Of a stretch of 64,000 nucleotides of DNA, positions 56,344 to 64,000 are shown piece by piece; position 1 is the stretch's first letter; each line of letters begins with the position of its first letter. Under the pieces are notes generated by a model that was given only the letters and a program-made list of their open reading frames with translations, ran no database searches and had not been told where the DNA came from. The position numbers were made by a program, and so were the translations under genes. The DNA lies in contig JBBRRY010000017.1 of NCBI GenBank assembly GCA_038245905.1, positions 7,793 to 71,792 on the forward strand, written 5' to 3'. The stretch comes from Thermoanaerobaculia bacterium. Lineage in GTDB: Bacteria > Acidobacteriota > Thermoanaerobaculia > UBA5066.

Positions 56344-58392
56344 TCAGGCGCGGTCGAGAGCCGCGCGGACCCGGCCCGCGACCTGCGCGGGTGCGAAGGG
56401 CTTTTCGAGGAAGTCCGTCCCCGGCTCGAGGACGCCGTGGCGCCCGATCGCGTCGTCCGTGTAGCCGGACATGAACAGAACGCGCGCCTCCGGGTATCGG
56501 GCGGTGATGCGTCCGGCCAGCTCCCGGCCGTTCATCCCTGGCATTACGACGTCGGTGAGGAGGAGATGCACGGGCCCTCGGTGCGCGCGAGCCACGTCGA
56601 GCGCCTCCTCGCCGGAGGCGGCGTCGAGCACGGCATATCCGTTCGCCTCGAGCGCCGTGCGCACGAGCTTCCGAACGCTAGCCTCGTCCTCTACGACGAG
56701 GACCGTCTCGCCTCCCCGCCGTGCCATGGCCGGATGCGGAACCGGCTCGTCCGGAGACTCCGCGACGGCCGGAAGCAGGATCTCGAACGTCGTGCCGCTG
56801 CCCACGACGCTGTCGGCCCAGATGAAGCCGTCGCTCTGCTTGACTATTCCATACGTCGTCGCGAGGCCGAGGCCGGTTCCCTTGCCGCGCTCCTTCGTCG
56901 TGAAAAACGGCTCGAAAAGGCGGGCGTGCACCTCGCACGTCATCCCAGCGCCCGTGTCGGAGACCGAGAGACTGGCGTAGAGGCCGGGGCGCAGTCCGGG
57001 CCTGATGGCGGCGGACGCCTCGTCCATCGTCTTGACGGCGGTCGCGAGGGTCAGCGTGCCGCCGCCCGGCATCGCGTCGCGGGCATTCACCGCGAGGTTC
57101 ATGAGCACCTGCTCGAGCTGCCCGCGGTCGGCTCGCACGCAGGGGACGGTCGGGCCGAGCCGGAGGACGAGCCGGACGTCCTCGCCGATCACGCGTCCGA
57201 GCAGGCTCTGTGCCTCGCGCGCGACCTCGTTCAGGTCGAGGACGGCGGGCCGGAGCACCTGCTTGCGACTGAAGGCAAGGAGCTGCTTCGTGAGCGCCGC
57301 GGCTCGATCCGCGGCTCGCCGGATCTCGTTCAGATGCGCCCGGGACTCGTCCTCGACGAGGCTTTCGTGGAGCAGATCGGCGTATCCGATGATCGCGGTC
57401 AGCAGGTTGTTGAAGTCGTGGGCGACCCCGCCGGCGAGCCGTCCGATTGCATCCATTTTCTGGGACTGCAGGAGCTGCTCTTTCAGGATCTCCTTCTCCT
57501 CCTCCGAAGCCCGGTGCAACGCGTCGGCGGCGAGGCGGCCGTCGTCCGAGCGGCGGAGGGCCGCGGCCGTCCAGAGCACGAGGCCCGTCGCGACGGCGCT
57601 GACGGCAAACGCGAAAAGCGCCGTGCCGAGCTCAGGATCCCAGGCGCGGCGGCGCTGCTCGGCGATCTGAATCCAGCCAAGGACGGGGGGGAGCACGAAT
57701 GCGGGCGGGATGAGCCGGCGCGCGAGGGCCGCACCGAGGTCGGTCCGGACCCAGAAGGAGGCGGGCGGGACGTCCGCCCGCAGCGCGAGGATGCCCGCCG
57801 AGAGCCCAAGGAGTCCGATACTCGTCTGCGGCGCGATCACGTTGAACGGGCCGAATGTCAGAAACTCATCCGCGCCGAGGGCCAGGCCGACAAGCGACTC
57901 CATCGCGATAAGCGTGGCCCCGAACGCGACGAGCGGAGTGAGCCAGCGGCTCGCCCGGCCGCGCAAGTGGAGCCCGGCGAGTGAGACCGCGAGCAGGAAA
58001 AGGGCCCCAGCGGTCACCGGCGACATTCGGCCGGGCGCGAGCGTCTGGGGCGCGGGAGAGAGGGCGTCGCGCACGAGGAGCTCGTCGATGCCGAAGCTCC
58101 GGCCGACGACGTCCTGCGCGACCGTCGCGAGAGCGAGCAGCGCGACACCGGTGCCGAGGACCATGGTCATCCTCGACCGCCCGTCGGACCGCGCGGCGAG
58201 GGCGAGCCCGGCTCCGAGCAAGGCGAGCGCGACCGCGGTATTCGCCTTCATGGGAAGGGCCGCGTCGATCGGGGCGCTCAGCGAGGAGGCGCCCAGCAGC
58301 CAGCCGGCGAGCGTCAGGACGCCGAGGCCGGCGGAGCCGGCGGCGACCACGGTCGAGAACGTCGAGAAGGGTGAGAGGCTCCGCTCTCCCAT
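56344..58392 (-). CDS. Hybrid sensor histidine kinase / response regulator with polytopic N-terminal membrane domain
   Basis: VAHDFNNLLTAI (H-box), GTGLGLATTYGIV (G2) and VLVVEDEASV...LLLTDVVMPGMNG (receiver). ATG at 58392 preferred over TTG at 58422. Confidence 0.88.
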   Translation of the reverse strand: MGERSLSPFSTFSTVVAAGSAGLGVLTLAGWLLGASSLSAPIDAALPMKANTAVALALLGAGLALAARSDGRSRMTMVLGTGVALLALATVAQDVVGRSFGIDELLVRDALSPAPQTLAPGRMSPVTAGALFLLAVSLAGLHLRGRASRWLTPLVAFGATLIAMESLVGLALGADEFLTFGPFNVIAPQTSIGLLGLSAGILALRADVPPASFWVRTDLGAALARRLIPPAFVLPPVLGWIQIAEQRRRAWDPELGTALFAFAVSAVATGLVLWTAAALRRSDDGRLAADALHRASEEEKEILKEQLLQSQKMDAIGRLAGGVAHDFNNLLTAIIGYADLLHESLVEDESRAHLNEIRRAADRAAALTKQLLAFSRKQVLRPAVLDLNEVAREAQSLLGRVIGEDVRLVLRLGPTVPCVRADRGQLEQVLMNLAVNARDAMPGGGTLTLATAVKTMDEASAAIRPGLRPGLYASLSVSDTGAGMTCEVHARLFEPFFTTKERGKGTGLGLATTYGIVKQSDGFIWADSVVGSGTTFEILLPAVAESPDEPVPHPAMARRGGETVLVVEDEASVRKLVRTALEANGYAVLDAASGEEALDVARAHRGPVHLLLTDVVMPGMNGRELAGRITARYPEARVLFMSGYTDDAIGRHGVLEPGTDFLEKPFAPAQVAGRVRAALDRA

Positions 58393-58477
58393 TGGAGGCA
58401 GTGTACCGCCGGCGCGGTACAATAAGACTTGTTAGCGCCTGCCGCTCAAGCGCCGACCGGGTTCCGGCTCGCCTTCC

Positions 58478-59857
58478 ATGAAACAACCAGCTTCTCTCCC
58501 GTCCGTCGGCATCGTGTCGCTCGGATGCCCCAAGAACCTCGTCGACACCGAGGTGATGCTCGGCCATCTCCAGCGCGAGGGCATGACGCTGGCCGACCCC
58601 GAGAAATCGCGCGTCGTCATCGTGAACACCTGCGGCTTCATCGACGCGGCCAAGGAGGAGTCCGTCGGCGCAATCCTCCGCGAGGTGGCGCGCAAGGAAG
58701 CCGGGGAGATCGACCGCGTCGTCGTCGCCGGCTGCATGGTGCAGAAGTACGGCCGGGAGCTCGCGGCCGAGATCCCCGAGGTGGACCACTTCATCGGCCT
58801 CGACGAGCTGGAGAAGGCGCCCGCGGCGGCCCTCGGCCTCCCGTCGCTCCCGCGTTTCAGCGACAAACCCCTCGCGACCCGGCTCTACGACGACCTCTCT
58901 CCGCGCGTCCTCACACACCGTAAGGGCTACGCCTATCTGAAGGTCGCCGAGGGCTGCAACAACCCATGCACGTTCTGCACGATTCCGCAGATGCGCGGCC
59001 TCATGCGCTCGCGCACGATCGCGTCGCTCGTGAAAGAAGCGCAGAGCCTCGAGGCGCAGGGCGTCCGGGAGCTCGTCCTGATCTCGCAGGACACGACCCG
59101 CTACGGCGAGGACCTCGGACTCGGCCGGACGGGCCTCGCCGATCTCGTGAAGGCGCTTCTTGCCGAGACGGGCTTCCCCTGGGTGCGCTTCCTGTACGCC
59201 TACCCGAAGACGCTCCACCGGGGCGTCTTCCAGCTCATGGCGAGAGAGCCGCGTTTCGTCCCGTACGTCGACATGCCGCTCCAGCATGTCTCCCGGAAGA
59301 TCCTCACGAAGATGAAGAGGGGAGGCGACGGCGCGAGCTATCTGAAGCAATTCGAAGAAATCCGAAAACTCGTCCCCGAGATTTCCCTCCGCTCGACCTT
59401 CATCGTGGGCTTCCCGGGCGAAGAGGAGAAGGATTTCATAGAAGTGGAAGAGTTTCTCAAGGCCGTCCGCTTCGACAACGCGGGAGTCTTCACGTACTCC
59501 CCCGAACCGGGATCCGGTGCGGAATCGCTCGGGGACCCTCTTCCACTCGAAGAAAAATCTTCACGCCGCGACCGTTTGATGGAGGTCCAGCAGAAGATCT
59601 CTCTATCGAAGAACCGCGCGAAGCGCGGCAAGATCTTCGACGCCCTGCTCGAAGGCCCCAGCGAGGAAACGGAGATGCTCCTCGAGGCGCGCCTCGCCGG
59701 GCAGGCCCCCGAGATCGACGGGCGCGTGCTGATCAACGACGTCCCCTCCGGCTGGGCGCCGCGCGTCGGCGAGATCGTGCGTGTGAAGATCACCGAGGCG
59801 CACGCCTACGACCTCGTCGGGCGGGTCGTAGCGCCCGTCGCTTCCACCGTCGCTTAA
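58478..59857 (+). CDS. rimO: Ribosomal protein S12 methylthiotransferase RimO
   Basis: VSLGCPKNLVDTE, radical-SAM CNNPCTFC, and a TRAM-like C-terminus. Confidence 0.9.
   Translation: MKQPASLPSVGIVSLGCPKNLVDTEVMLGHLQREGMTLADPEKSRVVIVNTCGFIDAAKEESVGAILREVARKEAGEIDRVVVAGCMVQKYGRELAAEIPEVDHFIGLDELEKAPAAALGLPSLPRFSDKPLATRLYDDLSPRVLTHRKGYAYLKVAEGCNNPCTFCTIPQMRGLMRSRTIASLVKEAQSLEAQGVRELVLISQDTTRYGEDLGLGRTGLADLVKALLAETGFPWVRFLYAYPKTLHRGVFQLMAREPRFVPYVDMPLQHVSRKILTKMKRGGDGASYLKQFEEIRKLVPEISLRSTFIVGFPGEEEKDFIEVEEFLKAVRFDNAGVFTYSPEPGSGAESLGDPLPLEEKSSRRDRLMEVQQKISLSKNRAKRGKIFDALLEGPSEETEMLLEARLAGQAPEIDGRVLINDVPSGWAPRVGEIVRVKITEAHAYDLVGRVVAPVASTVA
59536..59567 (+). repeat. CT-rich dispersed element, copy S (in rimO; encodes DPLPLEEKSSRR)
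   Basis: CCCTCTTCCACTCGAAGAAAAATCTTCACGCC. The core TAA is changed to GAA in the reading frame. Confidence 0.6.
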
Positions 59858-59868
59858 GATCCGTCCGC

Positions 59869-60813
59869 TTGCAGGTCGTCAAGGATCCCTTTCGCGCCGT
59901 CGACCTTCCGCGAGGCGGCGTCGTCACCGTCGGAAACTTCGACGGCGTACATCGCGGTCATCAGGCGATGCTGAAGGCCGTCTCGGCCCGCGCCCGGGAG
60001 CTCGGCGCGCCGAGCGTCGTCGTGAGCTTCGACCCGCATCCGCTGAAGGTTCTGCACCCCGAGCGCGCCCCGAAGATGATCCAGACGCTCAGGCAGCGCG
60101 AGGAGGCGATCGAGGCCTCGGGTATCGACGCGCTCGTCCTCGTGCCCTTCACACGGGACTTCTCTCTGATGCCCGCCGAGGCCTTCATCAAGGAGCTCCT
60201 CGTGAAGCGGCTCGCGGTGCTCGAAGTGCACGTGGGCGCGCGTTTCATTTTTGGAAGAGACCGCCTCGGATCCCTGGACCTCCTCCGCGCGGCCGGCGAG
60301 GCCGCGGGATTCCGCGTGGCCGGTCTCGCGGACGTGAGCGACCCGGGCGGCGCCATTTCGTCGACGCGCATCCGAAACGCCCTCCTCGAGGGAGACGCCG
60401 CGACGGCGCGGGAGCTGCTCGGGCGTCCCTACGCGATGGACGGAATCATCGCGAAGGGGGACCGGATGGGCCGCAAGATCGGATTTCCGACGATGAATCT
60501 CAAGCCCGACAACGAGCTCTATCCGAAGGACGGTGTCTACTTCACCTCCGTCCGGATCGCGTCGTTCGAGCGGACCTTTGCCTGCGTGACGAACATCGGG
60601 TGCCGGCCCACGGTGTACGAGGACTACGCGACGACCATCGAGTCGTACATTCTCGATTTTTCGTCGGACGTCTATGGCGAGCGCGTGCGTTTGTCGTTCT
60701 ACGGCCGCGTTCGTGACGAGCAGACGTTTCCGTCCATGCTCGACCTCACGGCCCAGATCCGGCGGGACGTGGACGCGACGCGCCTCTATTTTCTAGGGAA
60801 TCCGCTGCCATGA
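59869..60813 (+). CDS. ribF: Bifunctional riboflavin kinase / FMN adenylyltransferase
   Basis: VTVGNFDGVHRGHQ and GFPTMNL motifs. TTG at 59869 is the only plausible in-frame start. Confidence 0.88.
   Translation: MQVVKDPFRAVDLPRGGVVTVGNFDGVHRGHQAMLKAVSARARELGAPSVVVSFDPHPLKVLHPERAPKMIQTLRQREEAIEASGIDALVLVPFTRDFSLMPAEAFIKELLVKRLAVLEVHVGARFIFGRDRLGSLDLLRAAGEAAGFRVAGLADVSDPGGAISSTRIRNALLEGDAATARELLGRPYAMDGIIAKGDRMGRKIGFPTMNLKPDNELYPKDGVYFTSVRIASFERTFACVTNIGCRPTVYEDYATTIESYILDFSSDVYGERVRLSFYGRVRDEQTFPSMLDLTAQIRRDVDATRLYFLGNPLP
60783..60805 (+). repeat. CT-rich dispersed element, copy V (3' end of ribF), degenerate
   Basis: CCTCTATTTTCTAGGGAATCCGC. Confidence 0.45.
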
Positions 60814-61709
60814 CCGCGGAGGTCCTCCTGCGGGTCGGGGCCGTCGTGCTCGCTGTCCTTTTCGCGAGAGGAACGGGGAACCGCGCCGCCACTTTCGCCG
60901 CGGGCGTCCTGGCAGGATTCGCGGTCTTCGGATCGCGCGTCGCGTCCATGCCTTTCAGCGGCGACGCCGCGCTCCTCGCGGCTTGCCTCGTGGTCCTCGT
61001 GGCTCTCGGCGCCGCGCGCGCCTGGCCCCCCATCACCGGTGACGGCGTCGTGGCCGGCTCGGTGGCTGCGGCGGGCGCCGCGTGGGCCGCGGCCGTTTCC
61101 GGCCGCCACCTGCCGGGTTGGCAGGCGCCCGCGCTCGTCGCGATCACCCTGGTCGTCGTTTCCGCTTTCGCGGCGGAAGCCACGCGCGCGAGCGCGGAGG
61201 CGGGCTGGCGCGAGGGGATCGCCTGGACGTCGGCCGCACTCATACCGGTCGCCCTCGCCGCGGCGCTCGCGGGCCTCTTTTCAGGCGTGCCGCGCCGGTT
61301 CGAGCCGCTTGCCGTCGCGGGGATGCTCTTCGTCGCGGTACTCGTCTGGGCCCCCGCGGTGCTCGCCGAGCGCGCGCGGGTCTCGCGCGAGCTCGTGGAG
61401 GAGGTGGCGCTGGGGCTCTTGCCAGAAGAGGACGCCGCCGCGCTGCGCCTTCCGTGGACGCGCGGCTTCGAGAGGAGATTCGGCCGGCCGGACGAGCGCC
61501 GCGAATACGTGAGAAGCGCGCTTCTGCTCGCGGTCGCGCGTCACCAGCAGCGGCACCGTTCCGGCGAGGCCGAGCGACTCCGGCAGCTCGAGGTCCTGAC
61601 GTTTCGGACTCGGCTCCGAAGGACGCAAGACGCGCGCGCGGCGCGTTTCCACACGCGCGTCTCGGGAGAGTTCTCCGCCGAAGAGGCGCCGCGCGAGCCG
61701 GCGCCCTAA
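60810..61709 (+). CDS. Hypothetical polytopic membrane protein
   Basis: About 6 hydrophobic segments, then a charged C-terminal tail. ATGA overlap with the ribF stop. Confidence 0.55.
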   Translation: MTAEVLLRVGAVVLAVLFARGTGNRAATFAAGVLAGFAVFGSRVASMPFSGDAALLAACLVVLVALGAARAWPPITGDGVVAGSVAAAGAAWAAAVSGRHLPGWQAPALVAITLVVVSAFAAEATRASAEAGWREGIAWTSAALIPVALAAALAGLFSGVPRRFEPLAVAGMLFVAVLVWAPAVLAERARVSRELVEEVALGLLPEEDAAALRLPWTRGFERRFGRPDERREYVRSALLLAVARHQQRHRSGEAERLRQLEVLTFRTRLRRTQDARAARFHTRVSGEFSAEEAPREPAP

Positions 61710-63751
61710 GGCGCGCCCGGGATGTCTGCCGGCAGGAACGCGCCGTCCCCCGTGCGCTGTCCGGCCGTCCCGCCGTCGTTCACGACCCCATACGCGAGGA
61801 AAGGGTTCGAACCGGAGAGTCTCGTGACGACCGCGTAGGCGTTCTGCAGGCCTGGCGCATAGGACGCGAGAATGGAATTGAACTGTACGAAGCCGCCCGC
61901 GGGAACCTGCCCGGTCGTTACCGTGGTGGCCTTCTGACCGGTCGCCCCGTCGTACAAGTCGATCCGGAACGAGTCTGCGCTGCCGCCCGTGGAACCCGTG
62001 CACACGATTGCGAGGTTCGTTCGGTTCTCGGCGTTCTGCTGAATGCCGTAGATCCACGCGCGCTCGGTCGCCTCGGAGCCCGAGGGCACCGCGGCGGCGA
62101 AGAGGCCGAAGCGGCCCCCGCCGCCCGGCGTCGAGGTGCGGGCTCCCACCCCGATGCTGCGGAGATCGCCGGTCGTGTCGGCGACGACGAGAGGGCCAGC
62201 GAAAACCGGCCCTGCCGCGTCGACGATCGCTCCGCGGTCGCGCAGCGTCTGGACGAAGTTCGGCAGGATCTGCTGCTCGCCGCCTTCGAGCTTGATCAGA
62301 ATGCTCGCCGAGCCCCCGGTCAGAGCCGACGAGAAGAACGTGAGCCGCAGGCCGCGGAGGTTGTTCGAATAGTTCGTGAGGACGAGCTCCGTGGAAAACG
62401 AAGGCGTCTCGACGAGGACCGGAAGCGTCAACGAAGGGATCGCCGAGGTGGCCGAGATCGGAACGGGGGTCACGAAGGAGCCGTCCGAGTTCACCTGGTC
62501 GTTGATCACGCCGTACGTGTAGAAGGGAGCGTTCCCCGCGACGCGCTCGACGAGCACGTAGCCGTTCGTCAGGTTCACGCCTTCAGTGGCGAGAATGCTC
62601 GAGATCTGGCTGAAGCCACCCGGCGGCAGGACGATGTCGGGAAGCGAGTGTTCGAACGTGCTCCCTTTCTCGCCAGAGAACGCCGTGATGCGCAGCGCGA
62701 TGCTGCCCTCCGTGGGGCCACCCGCGTTGAGGACGGCGACGTTCGACCGGTCCGTCTGGTTCTGACGGAGTCCCGGAATCATCACGGGATTGGAGAGGAG
62801 CCTGCTCGGAAGGACGCCCGCGTACGAGAGGCCCGCGCGGCCGCCCGCGATGGAGGTCGTCGTGCGCACGATCGCCGTCCCGGCGTCCGGCGACGAAAGT
62901 CCGGAGAACGCGATTTGGAGCGTGCCGCCCCGGTTGCCCGAGTCGCCGACCGGGAGGCCCACGCTCTTCAGAAATGCGATCGCGTCGGGGACGATCTTCT
63001 GGCGCCCGGCCGCGAGCGTATCCGTCGCGGTGCCGGCCGCTCCGCCGAGTCCTGGCACGGGCACGTAGGAGTAGAGGATCGACGCGTCCGTCGTTCCGCG
63101 GTTCGTGATCGTGAGCTCGGACGTGAAGAACGAGCTGTTTAGTCCGGTCGTCGAGAGAACGATAGGAACCGTGACCCGCGACTCGGGGTTCGCGACGAGG
63201 ATGTCGATGCGCGTGAGCGTCACGTCGACCCGGCCGTCGAACAGGCAGCCAGGGCACGGGGGACCGGAGGTGACGGGAAGATTCCGGTACGTGTAGCTCT
63301 CGAGCGACCCGATGGGCGAGGCCGGTGAAGACGAGGCGAGGGTCTGGCCCGTGCCCGTTCCCGGGACGCCGAGCACGATCGCCTGCCGGAGAATCTGGAG
63401 GGGGCTGAGCACGTCCGTCACGACGGATTGAGATTTCGCCACGAGAGCGCCGAATCCGACCTCGGGGTGTGGCGCGGTCGTGAAGAGGTTCGAGAGGCTC
63501 GTGTTCGGCCCCCCCGTGTCCCGGACGGATGCGAGGAGCGGCGCAAGTGAGGAATGGGCGGCCGCGAGGTCGGTCAGGACCTCGGAGGGCAGGATCGAGC
63601 TGGCCGCGACGTAGGGCGCCGGGGATGCACCGGGTATGGTCATCGTGCCGTACGTGACGTTCACGGAAACCGGGATCAAGGTCTGCGAAACGGCGGGCGC
63701 GGCGGTCAGCGCAAGGGCGGCGACAAGTCCAGCGGCAAGTCGAGGCGACAT
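61706..63751 (-). CDS. Secreted hypothetical protein with two tandem copies of an uncharacterised ~215 aa domain
   Basis: Signal peptide MSPRLAAGLVAALALTAAPAVSQ. Internal duplication: FFTSELTITN / FSTELVLTN, and PFYTYGVINDQVNSDGSF / PFLAYGVVNDGGTAGQRTGDGAF. Confidence 0.65.
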   Translation of the reverse strand: MSPRLAAGLVAALALTAAPAVSQTLIPVSVNVTYGTMTIPGASPAPYVAASSILPSEVLTDLAAAHSSLAPLLASVRDTGGPNTSLSNLFTTAPHPEVGFGALVAKSQSVVTDVLSPLQILRQAIVLGVPGTGTGQTLASSSPASPIGSLESYTYRNLPVTSGPPCPGCLFDGRVDVTLTRIDILVANPESRVTVPIVLSTTGLNSSFFTSELTITNRGTTDASILYSYVPVPGLGGAAGTATDTLAAGRQKIVPDAIAFLKSVGLPVGDSGNRGGTLQIAFSGLSSPDAGTAIVRTTTSIAGGRAGLSYAGVLPSRLLSNPVMIPGLRQNQTDRSNVAVLNAGGPTEGSIALRITAFSGEKGSTFEHSLPDIVLPPGGFSQISSILATEGVNLTNGYVLVERVAGNAPFYTYGVINDQVNSDGSFVTPVPISATSAIPSLTLPVLVETPSFSTELVLTNYSNNLRGLRLTFFSSALTGGSASILIKLEGGEQQILPNFVQTLRDRGAIVDAAGPVFAGPLVVADTTGDLRSIGVGARTSTPGGGGRFGLFAAAVPSGSEATERAWIYGIQQNAENRTNLAIVCTGSTGGSADSFRIDLYDGATGQKATTVTTGQVPAGGFVQFNSILASYAPGLQNAYAVVTRLSGSNPFLAYGVVNDGGTAGQRTGDGAFLPADIPGAP

Positions 63752-63815
63752 GTGTGTGCTCCTGGTTTGGGAGTGCATCGCGCCGGACCTTTCCCACGGG
63801 CCCGCACCGGAAACC

Positions 63816-64000
63816 TCAGACGCGCGGGCCGTCCGCATCCCAGAGGGTCGTTTCCCCGAACGACTCCAGCACGGGCTGGATGAGTTTCGCGTCGCCGACC
63901 GCAACCAGAATGCCGGTTGAAGGGTCGAAGAACTCCTGCGCGGTCCGGAATGCCTCTTCCCGCGAGACCGCCTGGACACGGTCCCGCCAAGTGGCCCACT
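63816..64000 (-). CDS. C-terminal fragment of a protein, possibly an M16 (pitrilysin-family) peptidase; continues beyond the window
   Basis: Hand translation of the minus strand gives ...REEAFRTAQEFFDPSTGILVAVGDAKLIQPVLESFGETTLWDADGPRV, stop at 63816-63818. Not in the ORF track because it lacks a start in the window. Confidence 0.4.
   Translation of the reverse strand, partial: WATWRDRVQAVSREEAFRTAQEFFDPSTGILVAVGDAKLIQPVLESFGETTLWDADGPRV

Noticed and set aside
55918-57984. 688-aa plus-strand ORF overlapping the asnS 3' end and antisense to the histidine kinase. Also 61082..63142(+) antisense to the secreted protein, and 41547..42953(-) / 41567..43024(+) within the helicase region.
   Set aside because: These have shadow-ORF composition. 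The competing frames contain clear kinase, helicase or signal-peptide features.
4198-60805. Whether the recurring short repeat could be a CRISPR array or another regularly spaced array.
   Set aside because: The copies are irregularly spaced (from tens of bp to tens of kb), occur in both orientations, are mostly intragenic and vary in length. No cas genes are present.
61803-61813. GGGTTCGAACC, resembling a tRNA T-arm.
   Set aside because: No acceptor, D or anticodon stems can be drawn around it, and it lies inside a coding region. No tRNA was found anywhere in the window.

Overview
High-GC bacterial chromosomal segment made almost entirely of core housekeeping genes. No rRNA, tRNA, CRISPR array, transposase or integrase was recognised. 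Layout: (1) 2-15402 (+), the S10-spc-alpha ribosomal protein array, from rplD (cut by the window edge) through rplQ. It includes secY, adk, map, infA and an unlisted rpmJ, and ends in an intrinsic terminator. (2) 15.5-21.7 kb: response regulators, acpS, a FecR-like secreted protein, def and cysS. (3) 21860-37418 (+): one contiguous, mostly 4-nt-overlapping aro-his-trp gene array (aroD/E fusion, hisZ-hisG fusion, hisD, hisC, hisB, hisH, hisA, hisF-hisI-hisE fusion, trpE, trpG, trpD, trpC/F fusion, trpB, trpA). (4) 37.4-64 kb: mixed genes, including a RodZ-like protein, a J-domain/TPR protein, PP2C phosphatases, a nuclease-XPD/DinG-type helicase, PBP4, two diguanylate cyclases, a DUF4388 protein, gcdH-like, asnS, a hybrid histidine kinase, rimO, ribF, and a secreted protein with an internally duplicated unknown domain. 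Two signals stand out. (a) A dispersed, low-GC, pyrimidine-rich short element with core CCTTCTAAGAA is present in about 18 copies in both orientations. Most copies sit in frame inside essential genes, and the copies that would place a stop codon in frame carry substitutions that remove it. (b) An unannotated 13-codon leader ORF (MIFVARHWHVHHT, 4 His and 1 Trp), followed by alternative pairings and an intrinsic terminator, lies directly upstream of the merged aro-his-trp array. This looks like a dual His/Trp attenuator. Secondary observations: Ala/Lys/Pro-rich extensions on many ribosomal proteins, several unusual enzyme fusions, -10-like hexamers abutting start codons (suggesting leaderless mRNAs), and one low-GC GGDEF gene. 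All calls rest on reading the sequence and ORF translations; no searches or folding were run.
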